DNA from: Bacteroidota bacterium
GTDB taxonomy: Bacteria > Bacteroidota > Bacteroidia > Flavobacteriales_F > PHOS-HE28
DNA: 64,000 bases
Assembly (NCBI GenBank): GCA_029573495.1
Contig: JAKQEI010000104.1
Coordinates: 15,078-79,077 of the forward strand
Direction of reading: 5' to 3'
Part shown: positions 48,076 through 57,043 of the stretch, in pieces
Position numbering within the stretch: the stretch's first letter is position 1
Layout of the letters: each line of letters starts with the position of its first letter
Notes under the pieces: generated by a model
What the model saw: the letters and a program-made list of their open reading frames with translations, nothing else
Database searches by the model: none
What the model was told of the DNA's origin: nothing
Position numbers and translations under genes: made by a program

Positions 48076-48226
48076 ACCCGCGCAACCCGTGCATTCGCGT
48101 CCGGGCGGGCGGGTCGTGTTGCGGTCATCTGCCGACCTTTTGTTTCCTTCGTGCAGGATCCTCCAGTGAACACTGGCTCTCCCCCTAGGGATCCACATCT
48201 ATCGGTGAACACCAGATGAACGGGGA

Positions 48227-49258
48227 ATGGATCCAGTCGAGGGCGGGGAACAAGGGACGATCGAAAGTGGAACGGCTTCCTGCTCGGTCACGGCGCAGGC
48301 ACTTCTTCAAGCGTTCAGGAACGACCGGTTCGTTTTCGGATACAGCGGTCACTTCGGCGATGACCTGACAGCACGCTTGCTGGACCTGAGCGACCGGATG
48401 ATCGCGGCCATGAGTGGTGCCTCCATCCATCGGAAACGGTCGGCCTTTCTTCTCGTGGAGGCCTATCAGAACATCATCCGCCACCGGGCCGACCTCCCGC
48501 CGCACATCGACAGCGGCGAAGGACGCAGTTTCTTCTGCTGCCGGGCGAACCCGTCCGGACAGGACCTGGTGGCCATCAACGGGGTGGCGAGGTGGCGCGT
48601 GGATGCCCTCGCGCGTCAACTGGAGGCCATCCGCGGGATGGACCAGATGGCGCTCAAGGACCTTTCCATGCGCATGCTCCAGGTCCCATCCGAAGGTCGT
48701 GGGGCCGGGGTGGGCTTCATCGAGATGGCACGCCGGTCGGGGAATGAGCTCGGTCATATGTTGCGTGGCCTGGGTGAGGACCATGCGCTCTTCGCTCTCG
48801 CAGTGCGCACCGGTGACGCCCATCCGCACGAGAAGATCATCCGTGAAGCAGCGATCCTCCATGGCACCGTGGTGATGAACGATATCCTGCTTTACCAGGC
48901 TGGTCATTGCTTGCCGGGCATGTCCGAGGTCGTTGCCGCGATGATCCGCAACGACCTCGAGGGAGCTGTCGGGGGGCTGCCGGTGCTGGCCTGCGAAGCC
49001 GCATACTCGGGGGTGGCACGCACGCTGGATGAGCTTAGTCCGGGAAGAAGGGGCGTCTGCGTTCTGGCGCGCAAGGCAGGAGGACTGGTATTGGTGCAAG
49101 GTGTGGAGGTGGATGGCCTGGAGGCCGCCGATCAACTGGTCGTCTTTCAACGGTCACCCTGGATTCGGGAGCCTGGACCTGGGCCGGCCTCGTCCATGGT
49201 GGTGAGCATGGGGGGGAGCGCGGAGCATCCCGTCCTGTTGGTGTCGCAGGTGGTCTGA
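48227..49258 (+). CDS. SiaB-family protein kinase-like protein (divergent)
   Basis: FGYSGHF, LVEAYQNIIRH, GAGVGFIEMARRSG. Confidence 0.7.
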   Translation: MDPVEGGEQGTIESGTASCSVTAQALLQAFRNDRFVFGYSGHFGDDLTARLLDLSDRMIAAMSGASIHRKRSAFLLVEAYQNIIRHRADLPPHIDSGEGRSFFCCRANPSGQDLVAINGVARWRVDALARQLEAIRGMDQMALKDLSMRMLQVPSEGRGAGVGFIEMARRSGNELGHMLRGLGEDHALFALAVRTGDAHPHEKIIREAAILHGTVVMNDILLYQAGHCLPGMSEVVAAMIRNDLEGAVGGLPVLACEAAYSGVARTLDELSPGRRGVCVLARKAGGLVLVQGVEVDGLEAADQLVVFQRSPWIREPGPGPASSMVVSMGGSAEHPVLLVSQVV

Positions 49259-49304
49259 GCCCGCCACCCGACCTGGAAGGATGCGCGTCGTCCACACCGG
49301 TGTG

Positions 49305-49334
49305 TTGGTTTTCCGGAAGAAGGATCTATCTTCG
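49305..49334 (+). promoter_or_regulatory. Promoter of the rplM operon
   Basis: TTG-N19-TATCTTCG. Confidence 0.7.
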
Positions 49335-49375
49335 CACCCCGTTTCCGGGAAACCAGCCTTTTAAACCCACGAACC

Positions 49376-49831
49376 GTGGCATCGACGACCCACACCACCA
49401 GCATGGCCAATGTGGCCACCGTGCAGCAAGAATGGCTGCTCGTAGATGCTGAGAACGAGACACTTGGCCGCCTCGCCAGCAAGGTGGCGATGATCGTGCG
49501 CGGCAAGCACAAACCCACCTTCACCCCGCATGTGAACTGCGGCGACCATGTGGTGGTGATCAACGCCGACAAGATCCGACTCACCGGCAACAAGCTGGAC
49601 GATAAGGAGTACCAGCGCTACAGCATGTATCCTGGTGGTCAGCGTCGTGAGGTGGCCCGCAAACTCCTCGGCCGCAAGCCGGAGGCGGTGCTGGAGCACG
49701 CCGTGCGCGGCATGCTGCCCAAGAACCGACTGGGCCGCCGGCTGTTCAACAACCTGCATGTCGTGGCAGGCACTGCACACAAACACGACGCTCAGAAGCC
49801 TCGCAAGTTCGACCTGAACACGATCAAGTAA
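49376..49831 (+). CDS. rplM: 50S ribosomal protein L13 (GTG start)
   Basis: [38 protein letters not shown]. Confidence 0.98.
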   Translation: MASTTHTTSMANVATVQQEWLLVDAENETLGRLASKVAMIVRGKHKPTFTPHVNCGDHVVVINADKIRLTGNKLDDKEYQRYSMYPGGQRREVARKLLGRKPEAVLEHAVRGMLPKNRLGRRLFNNLHVVAGTAHKHDAQKPRKFDLNTIK

Positions 49832-49832
49832 G

Positions 49833-50219
49833 ATGGAAGCCGTCAACAGCCTGGGCCGCCGCAAGACCGCGGTCGCACGCGTGGTCCTCTCAGAAGGTTC
49901 CGGCGTGATCACCGTGAATGGCCGCGAAAGCGCCGATTATTTCCCGGTCACCATCCAGCAGTTCAAACTGCAGCAACCCTTCGCCCTTACCGAAACGGTG
50001 GGCAAGTACGATGTAACCGCCACGGTCGATGGCGGAGGCATCACCGGCCAGGTGGAAGCCGTGCGCCTGGGCATCGCCCGCGCATTGGTGAAGATCGATG
50101 CCGAGCACAAACCGAAACTCAAGGCCGAGGAACTGATGACCCGTGACCCACGTGCCGTGGAACGGAAGAAGTTCGGACGCAAGAAAGCGCGCAAGCGTTA
50201 CCAGTTCAGCAAGCGTTAA
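49833..50219 (+). CDS. rpsI: 30S ribosomal protein S9
   Basis: GRRKTAVARV, GGGITGQ, RDPRAVERKKFGRKKARKRYQFSKR. Confidence 0.98.
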   Translation: MEAVNSLGRRKTAVARVVLSEGSGVITVNGRESADYFPVTIQQFKLQQPFALTETVGKYDVTATVDGGGITGQVEAVRLGIARALVKIDAEHKPKLKAEELMTRDPRAVERKKFGRKKARKRYQFSKR

Positions 50220-50229
50220 GGTCCCTGCG

Positions 50230-50306
50230 CTTGTTCAGGATCCAATCCCGCTGGACTCTTCGGCAACGAAGGCTACCAGCGGGATGCCTGTATCAACGGG
50301 AACAAG
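50230..50306 (+). promoter_or_regulatory. Structured rpsB 5' leader (candidate S2 autoregulatory RNA)
   Basis: Nested stems CTTGTTC/GAACAAG, ATCCCGCTGG/CCAGCGGGAT, CTTCG-GCAA-CGAAG. Confidence 0.55.
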
Positions 50307-50325
50307 GAAAGTGAACGACAACAAG

Positions 50326-51111
50326 ATGGCACGTCTCGAATTCAAACAGCTGCTCGACGCCGGGGTGCACTTCGGCCACCTCAAGCGCAAGTGGAACCCG
50401 AACATGGCACCCTACATCTTCGATGAGAAGAAGGGGATCCACATCATCGATCTGAACAAGACCGCGGTGAAGCTCGAGGAGGCTGCGGCCGCCATGAAGA
50501 GCATCGCCCGCAGCGGCAAGAAGGTCCTCTTCGTGGCCACCAAGAAGCAGGCGAAGGACATCGTGACCGAGAAGGTGAAGACCACCGGCATGCCCTATGT
50601 CACCGAGCGTTGGAGCGGTGGCATGCTCACCAACTTCGGCACCATCCGCCGCACCATCAAGAAGATGGCCACCATCGATCGGATGAAGACCGATGGCACC
50701 TTCGACAACATGAGCAAGCGCGAGCGCCTGCAAGTGAGCCGCCAGCGGGAGAAGATGGAGAAGAACCTCGGTTCCATCGCCGACCTCACCCGCCTGCCCA
50801 GCGCGCTGTTCATCGTGGACATCGTGAAGGAGCACATCGCCGTGGCGGAGGCGAAGAAGCTGAACATCCCCACCTTCGCGATGGTGGATACCAACAGCGA
50901 CCCGACCAAGGTGGACTTCCCGATCCCCGCCAACGACGATGCCACCAAGAGCATCGAGCTGATCGTTGACGTGATGATCCAGGCGATCAACGAAGGCATC
51001 GAGGAACGCAAGAACGACAAGACCGCCGTGGACGAGAACGACGCCGAGGAAGGCACGGAGGAGACCGCGGAAGTGGAGGCTGGAGAAGAAGCTTCCGAGG
51101 AGAACAATTGA
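50326..51111 (+). CDS. rpsB: 30S ribosomal protein S2
   Basis: AGVHFGH, WNPNM, RWSGGMLTN, VDTNSDP, IPANDD. Confidence 0.98.
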   Translation: MARLEFKQLLDAGVHFGHLKRKWNPNMAPYIFDEKKGIHIIDLNKTAVKLEEAAAAMKSIARSGKKVLFVATKKQAKDIVTEKVKTTGMPYVTERWSGGMLTNFGTIRRTIKKMATIDRMKTDGTFDNMSKRERLQVSRQREKMEKNLGSIADLTRLPSALFIVDIVKEHIAVAEAKKLNIPTFAMVDTNSDPTKVDFPIPANDDATKSIELIVDVMIQAINEGIEERKNDKTAVDENDAEEGTEETAEVEAGEEASEENN

Positions 51112-51115
51112 TCAG

Positions 51116-51151
51116 CAGGACGGGTCGGGACAGGACGGCGGACCCGTCCTG
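51116..51151 (+). other. Intercistronic hairpin between rpsB and tsf
   Basis: CAGGACGGGTC-N14-GACCCGTCCTG, no U tract. Confidence 0.5.
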
Positions 51152-51180
51152 ATCATCCCACCGTCCGCAACCGAAACCCC

Positions 51181-52020
51181 ATGAGCACTATGGCTATCAC
51201 CGCCGCTGATGTGAACAAGCTGCGCCAGATGACCGGCGCGGGCATGATGGACTGCAAGAAGGCCCTCACCGAGGCCAATGGCGACTTCGATGCCGCCATC
51301 GACATCCTGCGCAAGCAGGGTCAGAAGGTCGCCGCCAAGCGTGCCGACCGCGATGCCACCGAAGGCCTCGTGATCGCGAAGACCAATGCCGCGGGCGACC
51401 ACGGCGTGCTGGTCTGCGTGAACTGCGAGACCGACTTCGTGGCCAAGAACGCGGACTTCAGCGCCATGGCCGAACGCATGGCCACCATCGCCCTGGAGAA
51501 AGGGGTGAACAGCGTGGAAGGGCTGAAGGCCGCAGCGTATGACAGCAATGGCATGACCGTGGCCGAGAAGCTCATCGAGCAGACCGGTGTGATCGGCGAG
51601 AAGATCGATGTGAGCGCCTGTGCCGAGGTGAAGGCGCCCTTCGTGTACGCCTACAACCACCCTGGCAACAAGGTGGCCAGCCTGGTGGGCCTGAACAAGG
51701 CCGGCTTCGAAGGCGCCGCCAAGGACGTGGCCATGCAGGTGGCCGCCATGGGCCCCGTGGCACTGGACAAGGCCAGCACCCCGCAGAGCGTGATCGACAA
51801 GGAGCTCGAGATCGGCAAGGAACTCGCCATCCAGGAGGGCAAGCCCGCCGACATGGCCGAGAAGATCGCCCATGGCCGCCTCAACAAGTTCTTCAAGGAA
51901 AGCACCCTGCTCGCCCAGGAGTTCATCAAGGACAACAAGCTGAGCGTGGAGCAATACCTGAAGAACCAGGACAAGGAGCTCACCGCAACCGACTTCAAGC
52001 GTCATTCGCTCACCGTCTGA
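51181..52020 (+). CDS. tsf: Elongation factor Ts (start 51181 or 51190)
   Basis: LRQMTGAGMMDCKKAL, NCETDFVA, AMQVAAM. Confidence 0.98.
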   Translation: MSTMAITAADVNKLRQMTGAGMMDCKKALTEANGDFDAAIDILRKQGQKVAAKRADRDATEGLVIAKTNAAGDHGVLVCVNCETDFVAKNADFSAMAERMATIALEKGVNSVEGLKAAAYDSNGMTVAEKLIEQTGVIGEKIDVSACAEVKAPFVYAYNHPGNKVASLVGLNKAGFEGAAKDVAMQVAAMGPVALDKASTPQSVIDKELEIGKELAIQEGKPADMAEKIAHGRLNKFFKESTLLAQEFIKDNKLSVEQYLKNQDKELTATDFKRHSLTV

Positions 52021-52042
52021 TGCTTTTGAACTTCGCATAGTG

Positions 52043-52068
52043 GAGGGGGGCTTCGGCCTCCCTCTTTT
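52043..52068 (+). terminator. Rho-independent terminator after tsf
   Basis: GAGGGGGGC-TTCG-GCCTCCCTC-TTTT. Confidence 0.8.
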
Positions 52069-52082
52069 ATTTTGGCCCACGC

Positions 52083-52793
52083 ATGACCAACACGTACAAG
52101 CGCATCCTCCTGAAACTCTCCGGCGAGAGCCTCATGGGCAGCAAGTCCTACGGCATCGATAGCGATCGCCTGAACCAATACGCCGACGAGATCATCGCCA
52201 TCGCCAGCAAGGGCGTGCAGGTGGCCGTGGTCATCGGCGGGGGCAACATCTACCGCGGCATGGAGGCCGAAGGCGCCATCGATCGGGTGCAGGGTGACCA
52301 CATGGGCATGCTGGCCACCGTGATCAACAGTCTTGCGCTGCAGAGCGCACTGGAGGCGAAGCAGTACAAGACCCGGCTCCTCACCGCCATCAAGATGGAG
52401 CAGATCGCCGAACCCTTCATCCGACGTCGCGCAGTGCGCCACCTGGAGAAGGGGAGGATCGTGATCTTCGGTGCAGGAACCGGCAATCCCTACTTCACCA
52501 CCGATACGGCGGCCAGCCTGCGCGCCATCGAGATCGAGGCTGATGTGATCCTGAAGGGTACGCGCGTGGATGGCATCTACACGGCCGATCCAGAGAAGGA
52601 CAAGAACGCCACGAAGTATGACCGGATCTCCTTCGATGAGGTGTACAAGAAAGGCCTCAACGTGATGGATATGACAGCGTTCACACTTTGCAAGGAGAAC
52701 AACCTGCCCATCATCGTATTCGACATGAACAAGCCGGGCAACCTGGGACGCCTGCTATCTGGCGAACCCGTTGGAACACGCGTCGAACTCTGA
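52083..52793 (+). CDS. pyrH: UMP kinase
   Basis: [36 protein letters not shown]. Confidence 0.98.
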   Translation: MTNTYKRILLKLSGESLMGSKSYGIDSDRLNQYADEIIAIASKGVQVAVVIGGGNIYRGMEAEGAIDRVQGDHMGMLATVINSLALQSALEAKQYKTRLLTAIKMEQIAEPFIRRRAVRHLEKGRIVIFGAGTGNPYFTTDTAASLRAIEIEADVILKGTRVDGIYTADPEKDKNATKYDRISFDEVYKKGLNVMDMTAFTLCKENNLPIIVFDMNKPGNLGRLLSGEPVGTRVEL

Positions 52794-52839
52794 GCGACAC
52801 GCGCCCGCCGCTACTTTTGCCACTCCGAAACGCACCGCG

Positions 52840-53400
52840 ATGATCGATACTGCCGCCGCCATCCAGACCTGTGAAGAGCATATGCGCAAAGCCGTTGACC
52901 ACCTGGACAACGAGCTTCAGAAGATCCGTGCCGGCGCCGCCAATCCCGGCATGCTCGACACCGTGCGCGTGGACTACTATGGCCAGATGGTGCCGCTCTC
53001 GCAGGTGGCCTCGGTGAACACCGGTGATGCGCGCACCCTGTTCGTGAAGCCCTGGGAGAAGAAGATGATCGAGGCCATCGAGAAGGCCATCATCGGCGCG
53101 AACCTCGGCTTCAATCCGAGCAACAATGGTGAGAGCGTGATCATCCACGTGCCCATGCTCACCGAGGAGCGCCGAAAGGCATTGTCCAAGTCGGCCCATG
53201 CGGAAGGAGAGCATGCCAAGGTGGGTATCCGGAGCAGCCGTCAGAAGGCCATGGAGGCGATCAAGGCCGCCAAGAAGGATGGCCTTCCCGAGGATGCCGC
53301 GAAAGGCCTGGAAGGCGACGTGGAGAAGCTCACCGGCATCTACAACAAGAAGGTGGACGCACTGATCGAGACGAAGGAGAAGGACATCATGAAAGTGTGA
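52840..53400 (+). CDS. frr: Ribosome recycling factor
   Basis: IRAGAANP, VDYYG, NLGFNP, LTEERRK, KEKDIM. Confidence 0.97.
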   Translation: MIDTAAAIQTCEEHMRKAVDHLDNELQKIRAGAANPGMLDTVRVDYYGQMVPLSQVASVNTGDARTLFVKPWEKKMIEAIEKAIIGANLGFNPSNNGESVIIHVPMLTEERRKALSKSAHAEGEHAKVGIRSSRQKAMEAIKAAKKDGLPEDAAKGLEGDVEKLTGIYNKKVDALIETKEKDIMKV

Positions 53401-53429
53401 GTTGATGTGCACATGTGCACATCAACTCA
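53398..53429. repeat. Perfect 32-bp palindrome joining two convergent stop codons
   Basis: TGAGTTGATGTGCACATGTGCACATCAACTCA equals its own reverse complement. Confidence 0.9.
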
Positions 53430-54449
53430 GGCCCACACCGGGCTCCCCTCACTGCAGTTCCGGCACATCTCGATGCTGCTGCGCGATGTGAGCAGTGACC
53501 GCCTGAAGTCATTGTAAGCCTGACTGTTCCACAACTCGCGGAAACTGTGCGTACGCAGGTCGCCGAGCACGTGGTGCGCATCCTTGTCGAAACAGCACGG
53601 CACCACGCGACCATCCCAGGTGATCACGCAGCTGTGCCACATCTTCCAGCAGTCGTCGCTCAGCTTGTTCTTCACCTGCCAGCTACCATCGCCCTGACGA
53701 CGGTAACGGGCATACTTGTCCTGGGTGGGTATCAAGGGGTGGTCGTCCTTCGGATCATAGACCTGTGCGGTCTTCAGCCACAGATCATCCACGCCGATCC
53801 GCTTCGCGAGCGCTCGTGCCTCCGGGATCTGATGCTCGTTCGGCTTCACCACCAGGAATTGGAACACCACATGTGGCGTAATGCTCTTCAACCTCTTCTT
53901 CCACTTCACGATCCGTTCCGCGCCCTCGACCACCTTCGCCAACTCGCCTTCGCGGCGGTACGCGGAGTAGGTGTCCTGATCCGTGCCATCGAGGGATATG
54001 ATGAGCCGAGACAAGCCACTGCGCACGGTGGCCTCCGCTTTCTCCTCGGTGAGGAAGTGCGCATTGGTGCTGGTGTTGGTGTACAGACCCTTCCGGCTCG
54101 CCACCGAGACCATGTCCAGGAAGTCCGGGTTGATATACGGCTCGCCCTGGAAGTAAAAGGTCAGCGCCCAGAGGTCTTCACCCAGTTCATCCATCACGCG
54201 TTCGAAGAGATCCTGCTTCAGGTTGCCGGTGGGCCGGGTGAAGGCACGCAGGCCGCTCGGGCACTCGGGGCAACGCAGGTTGCAGGCTGTGGTGGGTTCG
54301 AAGCTGATGCTGAAGGGCATCCCACTGATGCGCGGTTCACGCGTGCGTTTCGCCCGCTGGTAGCTGGTCCATAGTCCCGCCGCATTGCGCAGCCGACGAG
54401 GGGTGGCCTTGCGTGACCACTCCAAGGCATCGCGGACCGGTGCGAACAT
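53427..54449 (-). CDS. Radical SAM protein with SPASM/twitch domain
   Basis: CNLRCPEC (CX3CX2C), QGEP, ISLDG, C-terminal C...DGRVVPCC...CRNC. Confidence 0.92.
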   Translation of the reverse strand: MFAPVRDALEWSRKATPRRLRNAAGLWTSYQRAKRTREPRISGMPFSISFEPTTACNLRCPECPSGLRAFTRPTGNLKQDLFERVMDELGEDLWALTFYFQGEPYINPDFLDMVSVASRKGLYTNTSTNAHFLTEEKAEATVRSGLSRLIISLDGTDQDTYSAYRREGELAKVVEGAERIVKWKKRLKSITPHVVFQFLVVKPNEHQIPEARALAKRIGVDDLWLKTAQVYDPKDDHPLIPTQDKYARYRRQGDGSWQVKNKLSDDCWKMWHSCVITWDGRVVPCCFDKDAHHVLGDLRTHSFRELWNSQAYNDFRRSLLTSRSSIEMCRNCSEGSPVWA

Positions 54450-54528
54450 GGACGACAAGGTACGGGCGTTGCCACCTGCCTGTTACTTTGGCAAGCAATG
54501 GCACGTCCTAGGACGAGACCATTCATGC

Positions 54529-56970
54529 ATGAGGCTGCTATTGCTCATCGTCCTGGCGATCACTTTTCCCGAATTCGTCCTTGCCCGCACCATCCAGGGC
54601 CGGGTGGTCGACAGGGAGACCCATGAGGCACTGGCCTTCGTGCACGTGCTGGCTGATGGGGAGCGGCAGGGGGCGACCAGCGATATCGATGGGCGGTTCG
54701 TGATCGAGGTGGTCGCCTTGCCGGTGAACCTGAGATTCAGTTATGTGGGTTACGCACCGTTGGTCGTCGAGGTCTCCACGGAAGGACCCCTGGAGGTGGC
54801 CCTGCAACGCAACGCGGTGGAGTTGCGAGCCGTGGACATCCTCCCAACGGAGAACCCCGCGCACCGGATCATCGACCGCTGCCGCGAGGGGCGGGAAGAG
54901 AACGACGGGATGCGCAACCGGAGCCACCGGTACATGAGCTACAGCAAGACCATCTTCACCGCGGATGTACCACCACCGGATAGCGCGATGGTCATGGACA
55001 CTACGGCGGGCGCCACCGTGGACAGCAGTGATCTGGAGATGCGACGGTTCCTCGAGTCGCAATACCTCTTCCTCATGGAGAGCGCCACGCGCAAGAGCTA
55101 CCTGCCACCGGCGGCCGAGCGCGAGGAGGTCCTGGCGATGCGCGTCAGCGGCCTGAAGGACCCTTCCCTGCTTGCGCTTGCCGCACAGACCAAGACCTTC
55201 AGCATCTACGATCCGCAGATCGGCATCTCACAGAAGCTCTACCTCGGACCGCTCGCGCCGGGCAGCACGCGCAAATACCTCTTCCTGCTGGAGGACACCC
55301 TGTACCAGGGCAAGGACAGTGTGTTCGTGATCAGCTACAAACCGCGCAGCCGGACGAAATTCCTCGGGCTCAAAGGGCTGCTGTACATCCACTCGGACGG
55401 TTATGTCGTGCAGAACGTGACCGCTGAAGCCGCGGAACGCGATGGCAGTGCCAGCATCCGCTTCCAACAACTGCACGAGAAGGTCGGTGGAAGGGCCTGG
55501 TTCCCGGTTCAGCTCAATGCCTTCATATACCTGGACAATGTCTCCTTCAATGGGTTGAAACCATACGGCGTGACGCGTACCTACCTGAAGGACATCGAGG
55601 TGGATGCGGACATACCCAGGCGTGAGGTGCGCGGACCGGAGATCGTGATGGACCGAATGAGCACACGGCAGGACGATGCCTACTGGAACGCCCTGCGTAC
55701 GGATACCCTCGAGGACAAGGCCCTGAAGACCTACCACGTGCTCGACAGCCTCGGTGAGGCGGAGGACCTGGACAAGAAGGTGAAGTGGCTCTCGGCCCTG
55801 ATGTCCGGACGCCTACCGATCGGTCCGGTGGACCTGTTGCTGGACAAGGTGCTACGGTACAATGGTTACGAAGGTGTGCGGCTGGGAGTGGGTCTGGCCA
55901 CGAACGACCGGATCAGCCGATACGCACAGGTGGGCGGCCATGCGGGCTATGGGTTCAAGGACAAGGCTTGGAAATATGGCGCATTCCTGCTGGTGCGGCC
56001 GTGGTATGGACGGGATATCGCCCTGCGTCTCTTCCACGAGATCGAGGTGGTGGAGAGCGGCGGCGTGGCCTTCGATGGACCACGACCATTGTTGACGAAC
56101 GAGAGCGCACGCTGGATCTATGTGAACCGGATGGATCAGAGCGAGCGTTCCGGCGGACGCTTCGAGTTCCGGGCGGGTTCCTACACACGGCTGTGGATCG
56201 GTGCCGAGCGCGAGACGCGTGTGAACCTTCAGGGCTACCAATACGCGGAACGCTTCAACGAATCGGTCACCATCCTGCGCGATCGGTTCACCACCGGCGG
56301 TCTCACTTTCGGTATGCGCTTCGCCTTCCGGGAACGACTTGCGCGTCTTCCTGATCGCGAAGTGTCCCTTGGCACGCGTTGGCCCATCCTTTCCATTCAG
56401 GCGTTCAAGGCGGTGGGTGGCCTCTTGGACAGCGAGTGGTCCATCTGGCGCGTGAACGCGGCCATCGACAAGACCTTCCATCTGCGACTGGTGGGGGACC
56501 TCTCGGTGCGTATGATGGGCGGGGTCGCCGATCCGACCGCCCCGTACCCCTACTTGTTCAACATGCGCGGTACGAACGACTTCCGGCCCGCCCCTGTGCC
56601 GGATGGCCGGCGGTTCCTGGTGGCGGCGGACAACACCTTCCAGACCATGCTGCCCAATGAGTTCCTCGCGGACAGCTACGCAGCACTGCATGTGAAGCAC
56701 AGCTTCGGGACCCTGCTCGTAAAGGGGAAGCACTTCAAGCCGAGGCCCGGCCTCTTGTATAATGCGGTCGTTGGGTCCCTCCAGAACGCTGATGCCCACC
56801 GCGGATACAGCTTCTCCGAGCTCACCGATCCGTTCCTTGAGGCTGGTCTCGTCGTGGATGGCCTCTTGGGGACCCTCGGAGCGGGGATCTACTACCGCCA
56901 CGGTCCGCTGGCGTTCGATCGGTCCGCTGACAACCTCGCCTACAAGATGTCGGTCTCGTTCACGTTCTGA
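54529..56970 (+). CDS. DUF5686-like outer-membrane protein with carboxypeptidase-regulatory-like N-terminal domain
   Basis: Signal peptide; GRVVDRETHEALAFV...FSYVGY; RYNGYEGVRLG; YGFKDKAWKYG; ends in Phe. Confidence 0.82.
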   Translation: MRLLLLIVLAITFPEFVLARTIQGRVVDRETHEALAFVHVLADGERQGATSDIDGRFVIEVVALPVNLRFSYVGYAPLVVEVSTEGPLEVALQRNAVELRAVDILPTENPAHRIIDRCREGREENDGMRNRSHRYMSYSKTIFTADVPPPDSAMVMDTTAGATVDSSDLEMRRFLESQYLFLMESATRKSYLPPAAEREEVLAMRVSGLKDPSLLALAAQTKTFSIYDPQIGISQKLYLGPLAPGSTRKYLFLLEDTLYQGKDSVFVISYKPRSRTKFLGLKGLLYIHSDGYVVQNVTAEAAERDGSASIRFQQLHEKVGGRAWFPVQLNAFIYLDNVSFNGLKPYGVTRTYLKDIEVDADIPRREVRGPEIVMDRMSTRQDDAYWNALRTDTLEDKALKTYHVLDSLGEAEDLDKKVKWLSALMSGRLPIGPVDLLLDKVLRYNGYEGVRLGVGLATNDRISRYAQVGGHAGYGFKDKAWKYGAFLLVRPWYGRDIALRLFHEIEVVESGGVAFDGPRPLLTNESARWIYVNRMDQSERSGGRFEFRAGSYTRLWIGAERETRVNLQGYQYAERFNESVTILRDRFTTGGLTFGMRFAFRERLARLPDREVSLGTRWPILSIQAFKAVGGLLDSEWSIWRVNAAIDKTFHLRLVGDLSVRMMGGVADPTAPYPYLFNMRGTNDFRPAPVPDGRRFLVAADNTFQTMLPNEFLADSYAALHVKHSFGTLLVKGKHFKPRPGLLYNAVVGSLQNADAHRGYSFSELTDPFLEAGLVVDGLLGTLGAGIYYRHGPLAFDRSADNLAYKMSVSFTF

Positions 56971-57043
56971 TCGCCGATCCCCGCTTCATTTCGCACCTTT
57001 GCCCGCTCCCGTGGCTCCTTTAGGATCCGGGAACGATGCGACG

